A DNA stretch of 64,000 bases from Macrostomum hystrix. Its lineage: Eukaryota; Animalia; Platyhelminthes. Under the pieces are notes generated by a model, which was not told the DNA's origin, searched no databases, and saw only the letters and a list, made by a program, of their open reading frames with translations. This document shows, piece after piece, positions 47,001-59,415 of this stretch; positions within the stretch are counted from its first letter, which is position 1; each line of letters starts with the position of its first letter. The DNA is taken from NCBI GenBank assembly GCA_950097015.1, contig CATNEN010000005.1:3782001-3846000 (forward strand). Direction: 5' to 3'. Position numbers and translations under genes: made by a program.

Positions 47001-49170
47001 AGGCAGGGGCAAATGTAATTTGATCAGTAAGGAATTTCTATGGAAAATACTTGTACAAAGCTAGCGGTGAATGGGATAGATTAAATTTACTCTGGAGAAA
47101 CAGTTCAGCTAGCGAGCAAACAGGCGAGTACTGTTTTGATAGAGAATTTCACTTTAAAATTCGCCTAGAAAAATTTAACGATACAAACTCCAATAAGTTA
47201 TTAGCATTCATAAATGCTTTATTTCAGAGTTAATGAAAAAATATTTTTAAAATGTAGTGATTATATAATATAATAAATGTTGGCAACATTAACACTGGAC
47301 TGGATAAGGAAAAAACAACTGACGGGAATGTTATTCAAACAAACAGTAATAGACATTCAAACTGACGGGAATGACATTCAAACTGACGGGAATGACATTC
47401 AAACTGACGGGAATGACATTCAAACTGACGGGAATGACATTCAAACTGACGGGAATGACATTCAAACTGACAGAACTGACATTTAAACGAGGCGATTGAA
47501 TTCCAAGTGATGGGATAAACCTTTAAAGAACTGCTGAAGGATTTGTTGAACTAGTTAGTCAGAGGAGTAGGATAGAAGGCAAATCCATAAATGCGTGCGT
47601 CAGAAAGGTGCATGTGTTAGCACAGCTCTCACAGTTTTGGATCAGCGATAAAGTTGTTTTCCGCTCAGTTTGGTAACAATTTCGTTACAGAGCATTGTGG
47701 GCGAAAGGCACTGGAGACTCTGAGATAGAAACTAGCAATTCAATTACAACTGCTTTGGATAAATAGCTGCCAGAATTAAATTAGTTGAGAACAGTAGAGT
47801 TGGAGCTTGTCTATATAGTACTAGTGCTAGATTCAAGAATATGAACTCCTTACTTTTTTGTTATAAATTGTTCAGTCTCGTTTTTAATTTTAGATGGTAA
47901 TATAGAATACTAAATTATCGAGAATGATTGACACTCCAAAATTATCTGCAATCAGAAGTTTACTAGAATCCCAAATTATCGACAAATCCCAAATTATCGA
48001 GAATCCCAAATGATCGAGACTCCCAAAATTTCGAGAATCCCAAATTATCAATAATTCCAAATTGTCGAGAATCCCAAATTATCGAGAATCCCAAATTATC
48101 GAGAATCCCAAATTATCGAGAATCCCAAATTATCGAGTATCCTATAAGTATGGAGAATCCCAAATTATCGAGAATCCCAAATTATCGAGAATTCCAAATT
48201 GTCGAGAATCCCAAATTATCGAGAATCCCAAATTATCGAGAATCACAAATTATCGAGGATCCCAAATTATCGAGAATCCTATTAGTATGGAGAATCCCAA
48301 ATTATCGAGAATCCCAAATGATCGAGACTCCCAAAATGATCGAGAATCCTAAATTATCAAGAATCTCAAATTATCGAGAATCCTATAAGTATGGAGAATC
48401 CCAAAATTTCGAGAATCCCAAATTATCGAGAATCCCAAATTATCGAGAATCCCAAATTCTCGAGAATCCCAAATCATCGAGAATCCTATAAATATGGAGA
48501 ATCCCAAATTATCGAGAATCACAAATTATCGAGGATCCCAAATTATCGAGAATCCTATTAGTATGGAGAATCCCAAATTATCGAGAATCCCAAATTATCG
48601 AGAATCCCAAATTATCGAGAATCCCAAATTATCGAGAATCCCAAATTATCGAGAATCCCAAATGATCGAGACTCCCAAAATGATCGAGAATCCCAAATTG
48701 TCGAGAATCCCAAATTATCGAGAATCCCAAATAATCGAGAATCCCAAATTATCGAGATTCCTAAATATTTTAGAGTCCCAAATTATCGAGAATCCTATAA
48801 ATATGGAGAATCCCAAAATTTCGAGAATCCCAAATTATCGAGAATCCTAAATTTCGAGAATCCCAAATTATCGAGATTCCCATATTGTCTAGAATCCAAA
48901 TTATCAAGAATCCTAAATATTTTAGAGTCCCAAATTATCGAGAATCCTATAAATATGGTGAATCCCAAAATTTCGAGAATCCCAAATTATCGAGAATCCC
49001 AAATTGTCTAGAATCCAAATTATCGAGAAAAAAATGAAAGAGCATTCTGAATTCCATAAAAATCTAAATTCAAAACATCGTGCCAGCATCTTACAGTTCT
49101 TCGTTGACAGCAGAATAATTAGAATTGCAAAGTAGATCCCGTTGAGTTCAGAGCAGAAGCTGGCGGACAT
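38048..49170 (-). CDS. Nicotinic acetylcholine receptor alpha-type subunit (Cys-loop ligand-gated channel), ~510 aa
   Basis: Exons 49170-49095 (signal peptide), 43606-43437, 40990-40946, 40849-40743, 40051-39513, 38947-38574 and 38269-38048 (last acceptor less certain), phases consistent. Motifs IWRPDL, Cys-loop CTLDVRYFPFDTQDC, SWTYDG, loop C YPCC, M2 GEKVNLEITVLLALVVFLL and M4 AFALDRIFFWVF. Confidence 0.93.
38985..39498. repeat. 21-bp minisatellite (AGATCCCAAAGCTAGATTCAC), ~24 copies, filling nAChR intron 5
   Basis: Directly visible. Confidence 0.97.
40120..40510. repeat. 32-bp minisatellite (GGGATCTTTGATTTTGCGATCTCAGGTTTTTA) at the 3' end of nAChR intron 4
   Basis: Directly visible, about 10 copies. 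Confidence 0.92.
41053..41416 (-). mobile_element. SINE family A, full-length
   Basis: Near-identical to 16785-17152, with a (TAA)n tail. Confidence 0.88.
41425..41640 (+). mobile_element. CORE-like SINE (family B), head-to-head with the SINE A copy
   Basis: AGAGCGTTGGACT...GGGGGTTCGATTCC...GTGCCCTTAAGCAAGACACTTAAC...TTCAGTGCACCCAGC. Confidence 0.75.
41970..43400. repeat. 21-bp minisatellite (GTGAATCTAGCTTTGGGATCT), ~65 copies, in nAChR intron 2; reverse complement of the intron 5 array
   Basis: Directly visible. Confidence 0.97.
44170..44705. repeat. Degenerate GGGATT/GAGATT array near the 3' end of nAChR intron 1
   Basis: Units GGGATTGAGATTT. Confidence 0.88.
45130..46597. repeat. 23-bp two-variant minisatellite in nAChR intron 1
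   Basis: Alternating (T/G)TTGGTCATTGCTCATTTATCTA and ATTTTTAATCACTCATTTATCTA units. Confidence 0.95.
47345..47485. repeat. 21-bp minisatellite (ATTCAAACTGACGGGAATGAC), 6-7 copies
   Basis: Directly visible. Confidence 0.9.
47965..49030. repeat. 17-bp minisatellite (GAGAATCCCAAATTATC) at the 5' end of nAChR intron 1
   Basis: Directly visible. Confidence 0.95.
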
Positions 49171-49537
49171 TTTCTCTCTGATAGAAATTAAATAAAGAAA
49201 CTAAAATTTGCTTCTAAGGACTTTTCTTCCTCAAAATAGTCTTATTACATAAACTACATCTACTAATTTTCCTGAATGGTTTCTTTTATACTTTAATATC
49301 CTTTATGGACTAGAATATCTCAACCAATCAAAATTCAATTTTAGCTTGTGACAGCCAATCAGATAAGATCAGATTTTTTTCTAACTAAAGAAGCCATGCA
49401 AAGCCAACCGTAGTCAGACTCTCTTAACACCGAATATGACTACTGTACAATATGCTTCTTTTAGAATCCGTGTCAGCTGATCTTGAGGATTCTCTGCTCA
49501 TTCTGGAAATCAAGAGTCTGTTATTTTTGGGGATCAA

Positions 49538-51185
49538 CATCTGTGTCAGCTGATTCTCAACATCTGTGTCAGCTGATTCTCAACATCTGTGTCAGCTGAT
49601 TCTCAACATCTGTGTCAGCTGATACTTAACATCTGTGTCAGCTGATTCTCAACATCTGCGTCAGCTGATTCTCAACATCTGTGTCAGCTGATTCTCAACA
49701 TCTGTGTCAGCTGATTCTCAACTCAACATCTGTGTCAGCTGATTCTCAACATCTGTGTCAGCTGATTCTCAACATCTGTGTCAGCTGATACTTAACATCT
49801 GTGTCAGCTGATTCTCAACATCTGCGTCAGCTGATTCTCAACATCTGTGTCAGCTGATCTCAACATCTGTGTCAGCTGATTCTCAACATCTGTGTCAGCT
49901 GATTCTCAACATCTGTGTCAGCTGATTCTCAACATCTGTGTCAGCTGATTCTCAACTCAACATCTGTGTCAGCTGATTCTCAACATCTGTGTCAGCTGAT
50001 TCTCAACTCAACATCTGTGTCAGCTGATTCTCAACATCTGTGTCAGCTGATTCTCAACATCTGTGTCAGCTGATACTTAACATCTGTGTCAGCTGATTCT
50101 CAACATCTGCGTCAGCTGATTCTCAACATCTGTGTCAGCTGATCTCAACATCTGTGTCAGCTGATTCTCAACATCTGTGTCAGCTGATTCTCAACATCTG
50201 TGTCAGCTGATTCTCAACATCTGTGTCAGCTGATTCTCAACTCAACATCTGTGTCAGCTGATTCTCAACATCTGTGTCAGCTGATTCTCAACATCTGTGT
50301 CAGCTGATACTTAACATCTGTGTCAGCTGATTCTTAACATCTGTGTCAGCTGATTCTCAACATCTGTGTCAGCTGATTCTCAACATCTGTGTCAGCTGAT
50401 TCTCAACTCAACATCTGTGTCAGCTGATTCTCAACATCTGTGTCAGCTGATTCTCAACATCTGTGTCAGCTGATTCTCAACATCTGTGTCAGCTGATTCT
50501 CAACATCTGTGTCAGCTGATACTTAACATCTGTGTCAGCTGATTCTCAACATCTGCGTCAGCTGATTCTCAACATCTGTGTCAGCTGATTCTCAACATCT
50601 GTGTCAGCTGATTCTCAACATCTGTGTCAGCTGATTCTCAACATCTGTGTCAGCTGATTCTCAACATCTGTGTCAGCTGATTCTCAACATCTGTGTCAGC
50701 TGATTCTCAACATCTGTGTCAGCTGATTCTCAACATCTGTGTCAGCTGATACTTAACATCTGTGTCAGCTGATTCTTAACATCTGTGTCAGCTGATTCTC
50801 AACATCTGTGTCAGCTGATTCTCAACATCTGTGTCAGCTGATTCTCAACATCTGTGTCAGCTGATTCTCAACATCTGTGTCAGCTGATACTTAACATCTG
50901 TGTCAGCTGATTCTTAACATCTGTGTCAGCTGATTCTCAACATCTGTGTCAGCTGATTCTCAACATCTGTGTCAGCTGATTCTTAACATCTGTGTCAGCT
51001 GATTCTCAACATCTGTGTCAGCTGATTCTCAACATCTGTGTCAGCTGATTCTCAACATCTGTGTCAGCTGATTCTCAACATCTGTGTCAGCTGATTCTCA
51101 ACATCTGTGTCAGCTGATTCTCAACATCTGTGTCAGCTGATTCTCAACATCTGTGTCAGCTGATTCTCAACATCTGTGTCAGCTG
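49538..51185. repeat. 23-bp minisatellite (CAACATCTGTGTCAGCTGATTCT), ~70 copies, upstream of nAChR
   Basis: Directly visible; very homogeneous. Confidence 0.97.
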
Positions 51186-51187
51186 AT

Positions 51188-51510
51188 TCATTTGGTGACA
51201 CTAGACCCGCAGCCAGCGAGGAGGCAATTCTGCCCATTTCGCTGACTCCTGAGCACACACGCACACAGATACTGTACGCGGACATGCGCTCATACAGGTG
51301 TGCACATCTGCATCGACTTTCTCATCGTCAGGCAGCGTACATTTCACTGTGCCTTGGATGTTGGCCCTTAAGTGCGTAAATTGCACGACAAGCCCCCAAG
51401 CCTTCTCTCCGCGGCTGCGCCCCAAATGAATGTGGCCTCTCAGCGGAATCGAGCTCAGGGACCTTGGCGCGAAAGGCAAACACGTTAACCGATTTGCAAC
51501 TCACCCTCCC
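51188..51510 (-). mobile_element. SINE family A inserted at the edge of the 23-bp array
   Basis: SINE A body and head; one further array unit (GAACATCTGTGTCAG) follows at ~51520. Confidence 0.85.
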
Positions 51511-52393
51511 CTGCAGATTCTGAACATCTGTGTCAGTAGGTTTTTAGAGATGTGTCAGGTGATTCTGTAAATATATAGCTGCATGTATCAATTCTAAATG
51601 ACTTCTTCAGCTGATGCGATGCACGATTCGATCCTCGAGTGTCAGAATTTTAATAAACCTTGGAGATCATCATTATCTCGATTTCATATAACGAATTCTC
51701 ACAAGCAAGCCAAAGGCTCATGTCGACATATATTTGATTTCGAAAATTGTCATTTTTCCCTTGCCGTTCCGTTATTATACGGAAAAACGTAGCTCGTATT
51801 AAGCATGAACGGAAAAAAATCTTTTTTTCTGAATTGATTTTCCTGACCCTAAATTTCAACCTAAAAATTGGAGAGTGGCGAGTCTATTATCTAGTCGATT
51901 ATTTGTTATAATTTCTCTTCCTTTAGACACTTTAAATTATTTATTCAACAAGAAACTCTAAAAAATTATTTAACAGAAAATAACTAGTTTAAAACCTGAA
52001 TTTTTTTCATATAAAAAACAAGCGACCACGCTGAAAGTAAAAAACGAAATTACTGGCAGCACTGATATATGGTACTGACAAGTAGCAAGGAACAGAAAAC
52101 ATGCAGCTATGTAAGAAAAAACTAAAACAAAAATCAGTAAGCACACGAACAACTAACGTAAAAGTCAAAACGTAAGGCAACAATCAAATATACTAAAAAT
52201 GAACTAACTAACTAGTAGCAATTGTGAACTTGAAGACAGTAGACAAGAAACAGGAAAGTTTCAAGCGCAAACAACAATGAAATAAAATTTCCAAGAGTAA
52301 TTCTTTTAATTAAGCCACCAAAAGACGATTGTAAGTCACCCTGCTGATCATCGTGGCAACGATTCGAAATTCCGTTAAAATGTACCGCGCGGG

Positions 52394-55346
52394 TTACATT
52401 AACTGACCATCATCGTTGTCACTAATGAGCAGACTCTGCTGCTGCAGCTGCTGCTGATGATAATGCTGTTGCTGCTGTTGCTGTTGATTAGTTTCTTCTG
52501 TCTGCAAAATCTGCTGCTGCTGCTGCAGAGCAGCCTGCAAAGCGGTTGCATCGTCCATAGATGTTCTAACTGCATAGTACGCACCAGACCCATCACCAGT
52601 CGCGTATACCTGCTGGTACTGCGGATAATAGTACTGGGGCTGCTGCTGCTGCTGTTGCTGCATAACAAAAGCGTTAGCCTGTTGATACGCTGCTAACTGG
52701 TACTGCTGCGGATCGTACCCAACGCTGTAGCCCATCATCTGATTATAAGCCTGCATAGCTTCATCATGCTGCTGCTGCTGCTGCTGCTGCTGTTGGTATT
52801 GTTGATGCTGTTGCGAAAGCAGAGCATGTAGATTTGAGTCTGTGCTTTCAACGGCATCGCCAATATTCTGCATCTGCTGTTGGTTTGCATCTGTATTGGA
52901 AACAAAAATTTTTATTATTACTGATCCCCGGTCCTTCGTCCCCTGGTCCTTCGTCCCCTGGTCCTTCGTCCCCTGGTCCTTCGTCCCCTGGTCCTTCGTC
53001 CCCTGGTCCTTCGTCCCCTGGTCCTTCGTCCCCTGGTCCTTCGTCCCCTGGTCCTTCGTCCCCTGGTCCTTCGTCCCCTGGTCCTTCGTCCCCTGGTCCT
53101 TCGTTCCCTGGTCCTTCGTCCCCTGGTCCTTCGTCCCCTGGTCCTTCGTCCCCTGGTCCTTCGTCCCCTGGTCCTTCGTCCCCTGGTCCTTCGTCCCCTG
53201 GTCCTTCGTCCCCTGGTCCTTCGTCCCCTGGTCCTTCGTCCCCATCAGTGAGCAAGATCAGTAACTCGCCTGACTCATCCGTTGTATTAGGCACAGTAAC
53301 GGACACGCTGTGCCGAAACTTCTTGCCTTTAACTTTCTTGCTGCTGTCGGACCTTGACTTTGCCTTCATCTGCAGGTTCGACTTCTTTGCCGAGGAAATC
53401 GAGTGCTTAGCCACAGCCGAGGTTGAAGCAAAATCAGTGGCAGAAGTCGAAGCAGAGGCCGAAGCAGAAGCGGCGGCGGCAGCAGCAGATGTCGGATGGC
53501 GCTTCTTTTCGTGCGAATTCTTAGCACCAATAGTGCCGCACACATAGTCGCAGTAGCTACATTTGAACCTATCGCAGTCCGAATGCTGCAGCGCCTCTTG
53601 CCGATTCGAAAACATGCGCTGACAGCGTCGACATTCAAACATCGGCTTAGGCCGGCAGTCCGGATCTCGAGTGGTGACTACCACCAGATTGTCGGCGAAA
53701 GTCTCACGGCCAGACAGATGGCTCCGATAGCTAGTTGTCTCCTGTTCGTTATCAACTCGCAAGTCGAGTCTTAGACAGCAGACTAGCACATTAGACGATG
53801 AGTTGATAAATTTGGCCCGACGACGAGATAACTCCGAGGCGGTCTGACACGACTGGTCAGGCTGGATGAACGGCATCTGAACGTAATGATTATTTAATGA
53901 TTCAAAGTTAGTGAAAAAAAAACGGTATGTTGCCTTCGATTCTGCCAACATAGGCGCTCGAATCTGCGGCGAGGCCGCATTCTTTTGGGGCTCAGCCGGG
54001 GAGAGAACAGCCGTGATTTTGGGGGTTCCCCTAGGCGCAGTCATAGTATGCGTATACTTTGCATGCCTTTTTATGAGAAAGTCAGCGAGTATGTACTCCC
54101 TATTCACATCGATTTGTGCCTCTAAATATATCAAGGTATTAAAAAAACCAATCGTCCTTACCATTGGCAGATGAATATCGCCCAGATGGTCGGCCAGTTG
54201 TTCAATCGCCATGAAGATTTCTCCGCACAGGCCGCATTCGAATTCGTTGAACTGAATCGGATTCTGGGCTCCTTGAGCTTGATTGTCGCCAGTTGCTAAC
54301 CTAGGCTGACGAACGTAGTCCACTTCGGACTTCGATACAACTGATGCGGCTGCGTCTGCGGCAGCAGAAGGGGCTGGTGTAACTTCAATGTTCGTATCTT
54401 TCGTATCTCCCTCGTTGACGTTCTCAGAAGTGTGCTCGGCAACTGGCAGAATAGTTTCCGGAGTTCTCAGTGTGTGCCTGTCATCTTCTTGATCATGATC
54501 CATGGGTTTGAGATCACCAACTTCGCTGGAATTGCCTCTTAGGCTGTTCTCCAGCCTAGATGTATGATCCAAGACTACTTCTTCAAACTCCATGCGCTGT
54601 TGCTCCTGCTGCTGCTGCTGCATATGATCGTTCTGAGGTGGATTCTGAAACTCTCCATGAAGCTCATAATGATGAATTTGAATCGGGAACTGTTGAAGCG
54701 TATTTTGTTGCTGCTGTAGCTGCTGCTGCTGCGGCTGCTGTTGCTGCAATTGTGGTTGCTGACCAGGAACTGAGCCCCAATCAAAAGTTGGAGTATTATT
54801 TTCGGCAACGGCAGACTCTGAAAAATGAATGGCATCGCCTTGATCACCAGGAAGAGATACTCCAGCTGTGGCAGCTTCAATTAGACGATTAAAGCTATGA
54901 TCAAAGTCGCCATCGCCGGCTTCTTCCGCCTGTGGCTCTGCGGCAGCTGGAACAAGTGCAGAATTATTAGCGACGGCGGCAACGGTAGCATAAGCGACGC
55001 CAGAATCAGTTGCTGCATCAGTTGCTGCATAAGTTTCTACATTCGACTGTAGTTCTTCTTCCGATTCGAGCTTTTTAAACGAGTTTACAGCCGAACTTTC
55101 GCTGGTTGTCTGCCATGCGGCTTCATTCGAGGAATTCAACACCGAGCCTGCTTGTAGAGATCCGTTGCCGCTTTGACAGTCGACTTCCAAGAATGCATTG
55201 CTGACATCAGCAAAGTAGCTAAGACTCTCAAACTGGTCCGTGTCTTGTTTCAAAGATGGGACTTTAGTGGAGTCCATCTGGCTAGACAGGGTGTGAACTT
55301 CTTCATTTGGCTGCTGAAAACTGCTTGACGCCTGGTGATTTTCCAT
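52394..55346 (-). CDS. C2H2 zinc-finger protein with acidic and polyQ regions, ~857 aa
   Basis: Exon 55346-53270, a GC-AG intron (53269-52891) and exon 52890-52394, both junctions phase 1. Fingers: FECGLCGEIFMAIEQLADHLGDIH, FECRRCQRMF and FKCSYCDYVCGTIGAKNSHEKKRH. Q/Y-rich C-terminus. Confidence 0.8.
52925..53243. repeat. 15-bp minisatellite (GGTCCTTCGTCCCCT), ~21 copies, filling the GC-AG intron
   Basis: Directly visible, one variant unit. Confidence 0.97.
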
Positions 55347-56699
55347 TGTCTCTTTTTACAAAAGAACTTTTTAACTAAGAAGAATCTGTTGATTATTTAT
55401 TGAATCAAATCTCCTAATAAACGGTCAATTTACACTTAGCTCGCTCATTTGAAAGAAAGTCATAGAAAATAGCATGCTGAGAAGAAGGCCCAAGAGGTTA
55501 ACAAATAGTCTATGGCTTTTTAGGCACCCCATTTCTGTCGAGAAAAAAATATATTTTATTGCTTCCCCCCGAGGAAGAAGTGTTAAAACTTTTTTGTAGA
55601 AGAAGGATTCTTGACTGTTGATTTCGTCTAGGGTTTTAAGTTCAGAAAATAAAATCGATGCAAGCATCACACCCACCACCCCAAACAGCCCACAAACAAA
55701 GCTAACCCCCTCACCCCTCAGGCCAGACAGGACAGCTCGATTCGTGGCATAGCCCGTGGGGCTGAGGCAACATTAGACTTGTTTTTATTTATGTTTTGCG
55801 CAGTCTGTCTAAAATCTGTCTAATCTGTCTAAAGTCTACAAATTATAAAGACAGACTATGAAGCTCATAGACATTTTAACTGATTCTAAAAGCTTGCTTA
55901 TGCGCGTACTTTATTTTTTGTTTCGCATTTTTTTCTAGAATCTGTCGATCAAATCATGCGCAGTTTACAGTTCATGCATTTATTATTCGCTCAAAGCACT
56001 TTTTTTTGCACACACTGCCATTCTGGCTGCTGCTTCTGTAGAGCTAACCTAGTCCGATCTTTTGTTTCACAATGGAAAAATTTCACCAAGCGCAGACCAG
56101 ACCCCTAAGTGTTCGCTCACACTTGCAATCGCACACAAATGAAAGCACGTTGAAGTAAGAAAAACCGTTTCCGCTCTCCGCTCCTCAGTACATTCCTCTG
56201 CAATCGATAATCGAAAATCCAACAGAGAGAGGAGAGAGGGAGAGCTGAGAACTGGGGAAACAAGGGTTGGCTGCTTGGATCAGCCAGCCCCGAGAGTTGG
56301 GATCAGCCGAGAGACTAAGTTTTTTCTAAAGCGCTCTATTGAAAATCTTCCCCCATAATATAGATTATAAAGGGCGTATCAGGGACGTCAAATCGGAAGC
56401 TCTTTTCTGCGTTCAGTAAAAAAGGACAGCCTTTATGTTTTTCATTTCATATGTCAGCTAAATCTACATAGAGGAATTCCCAGAGGTAAGTGCTTCTCAA
56501 ACGAATTGACAAAATAAAAAAACTATTCGAATTTGCATGCGTAAGTGAATTAAAAATTGGCTTTTAGGATAGATTCGTTTAACCAGTCCCTTTCATTTAC
56601 AATTTCGTTTCGATGCTTTTCATATTATTCCGTCTCCCCCTGCGTCCACAGCTGACCCGAATCCCAAAATCCTAAATCCCAGATTCCAGCTTGTCAAGC

Positions 56700-59415
56700 A
56701 TGAATCGGCCACCAGCCAGCAATGGAATCGGCGGCCGCAACGGTCCCATCTTCTACGCTTCGAACAGTCCTGGCGGTGGCAACTTTTCGTTCGCTACGGC
56801 TCCGGTCGGGCAGCCACTGGCGTCGACAAGCAGCAGCGCCACGGGTCAGGGACGGTTGCCAAGGACGCCGGTGGAGCCGACGATGAGACCGCAGGCCTGG
56901 CGGCAGGAAGATGGAGACGGCTTCGCAAGCTCCAACTCGGCTTGGCTGCGTTGGTCAAGGGACCGTCGAGCGTCGGTAAGTAAATCGAATCTGAATTAGA
57001 ATAAAAATAATTCGCATAAATGTTAATTTTTCAAAGTACGTAGTTTTGCATTCCTTTCGTACCTAAACCCAGTTTGCTGTCTAGTTTTCGCGTAAAAATA
57101 ATTACGTGGACGTAGATATTTTATGGTGCTGATTTATTTATTTTTCGATACATATCGTAAATGTAACTGGTAGTAGTTTTGACGCAAATCGTAGCACAGC
57201 AGATCGCATCAGGTCAGGTAAATAAAGAAGCCTTGAGTTGAGTAGAAGATCTAAAAAAGAATAGCTAAGGATAGGACTTGTAAAAAGAGAGGGTGCGAGA
57301 CACGCAGCTAAGAGGATTCTTGAACTTTAAAAAATAAAACTTATGCTTATTGCCTACAATCGTAACAAATTCACTAAAGGTGGTGCGCAAGAATCAACGA
57401 GAAGCTCGTGACTCCATCACAGCGATTCGAGATCTGCAGGCTGTCAGGATGTCATTCCCAGACGTCAGAGATTCGAGTCTGGCTCCAGTGCAGCCGCAGC
57501 CGCCGTCGCCTCCACCGATGTCAGGCCTGCGGAAACCTTACAACCAATATAATCAGAGCCAGCAGCCTCGAAGGCGACGCCGACGCGGCGGCCGTCCCAA
57601 CGTGACGGAAGCGGATCTGAGCATGACGCAGTGGAATCGTCTATTAGCATTCTGGCAGCATCCCACATTTAACAGGGCTCGCCTCGCATCCATGGTGTTT
57701 GTCGTTGCGGCTATGGCCGCTGGCGTCACATCCGTGAGCTGCCGAGCGTGGTCGTTTCACCGAATGTCCGGTTAGTCTTGAAATGCTTCCCTGGTCATAG
57801 ATTTTCTTCGAAGGTCCTCAGCTCTGGATTTGAAATACTTTGTTTCATCATCCTTACATTTAAGATCTCTCACTTTTATTTCTCACTCTGAAATAGTTAT
57901 TAGCTTGCAAGCCTACGTTTTCTGTTAAACAGGCATGAATTAGACAGAGAAATATCGGGTAACAATCTTTAATTATGACATAATAACCGGGTGGCGTTGA
58001 ATTAAGAATCCAAGAAGTGCTTGCATAGAAATCACCGAACTACGCTTACTCTAATTAAAAGCTTTGATTCATCAGTAAATAATCCTACATGGAATCATCC
58101 GGCAAAAAAACTGCAGACAATGCGACACAGGCCGCATCGGGCCTGTGGGACACCTGCTTCATTGCTAATGACTCGTGCATCAGCGCCTTCGACTTACCAA
58201 CGTCAAACTCTGATGCATCGGGTAAGTTTTATGACAATGTTTTGTAGGCGAAAGAATAAGATTTTAGCTAATTTTTATGGCATCGAATTTGCAGACTGGC
58301 AGAAATCGGTTGCATCATTGCTGGTGTCTTCTGTACTGCTATCAGCCATTGGCTCCGTGGTGGCTCTGTGTGGCTTCTGGGCCAGCTACCTGCCGAGAAA
58401 GATCTATTACTTTCACTCTTCTGGAGAGATGTTCTTCTTGTCCGGTCTGTCAGTTTAAAAGACTCTGGGTAAAATGTATAAATATTCCATAGTACTTTAA
58501 CGAGCATATAACTTGGATTTGACTGGATTAGAACGAAAACCATCAGTTGTGATTTGAAAAGCTGTAGTCCTGTTAATATTACAGGTTAGTTACTAACTTG
58601 TTCAGTTCACCCAGCTGAAATATGTGCCATGGTTCGTTGGAGTTTTGGGTTGGTTTGGCATCCTAAATCGGTTATAAAATTAATAAACAATAGTAAAAAC
58701 GACGGGAGGGCTGCAGTCACTGGTTCATCATTTGGTGACACTAGACCCGAAGCCAGCGAGGAAGCAATTTTGCCTATTTCGGTGACTCCTGAGCATACGC
58801 GCACACAGACACCGTACGCAGGACACACGCACACAGGTGTGTACATCTGCACCGACTTTCTCATCGTCAGGCAGTGTGCACTCTCACTGTGCTTTCGAGG
58901 CTGGCCCTCATGCGTGTAAATTGCACGGCAAGCCAAGCCTTCTCTCCGCGACTGCGCCCCAAATGAATGTGGCCTCGCCACGGAATCGAGCTCAGAGACC
59001 ATGGAACGAGAGGTAAACGCGTTAACCGCTTTGCCATAAACCCGCGCCCCAAATAGGTTAGCTGCTAGTAGCTTTTGATTAGAATTTCAAAATAATTTTT
59101 CCACACAACTTCTAGTATTAACTGCAGCTAGTACAGTTCCCAATCCGCTTCATTTCAGCTGTTCTAGCCACAATATCAGCTGGTATTTATCCGTATTCGT
59201 TGCAACGCTTCCTGTTGCAAGGCATCAGTTACGGTTATGGCTACGGACTTGGGTGGGCTACGGCCGGCTTGCAGTACCTGGCCGCATTTTGCATGGTGCT
59301 TGACATGCTGGTGCGAGAGTCCAGCAGGCCGCTGCCATGCGCTCGTTTCAGCTGCTGCCGCTGCTGCAGAGAGGATCACGACGATTACAGCATGGGTAGG
59401 CCCCTGATGGCCTAG
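56700..59415 (+). CDS. Claudin/PMP22/EMP superfamily tetraspan protein with a long N-terminal extension, ~389 aa
   Basis: Exons 56700-56975, 57380-57770, 58117-58221, 58295-58444 and 59168-59415, phases consistent. GLWDTC...C signature, four hydrophobic segments, YGYGYGLGW before TM4 and a Cys-rich tail. Confidence 0.85.
58710..59045 (-). mobile_element. SINE family A in claudin-like intron 4
   Basis: Homologous to 41053-41416. Confidence 0.85.

Noticed and set aside
45013-48850. Hydrophobic and RIPNYRES-type ORFs
   Set aside because: Products of the 23-, 21- and 17-bp arrays in nAChR intron 1.
49538-51185. CRISPR-like appearance of regular repeats (also other arrays)
   Set aside because: Units are head-to-tail with no unique spacers, there are no cas genes, and the context is eukaryotic.
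52848-53269. GDEGP repeat as a constitutive part of the 832-aa protein
   Set aside because: The polyQ exon lies in another frame and is joined by a phase-consistent GC-AG intron, so the repeat is intronic unless retained.
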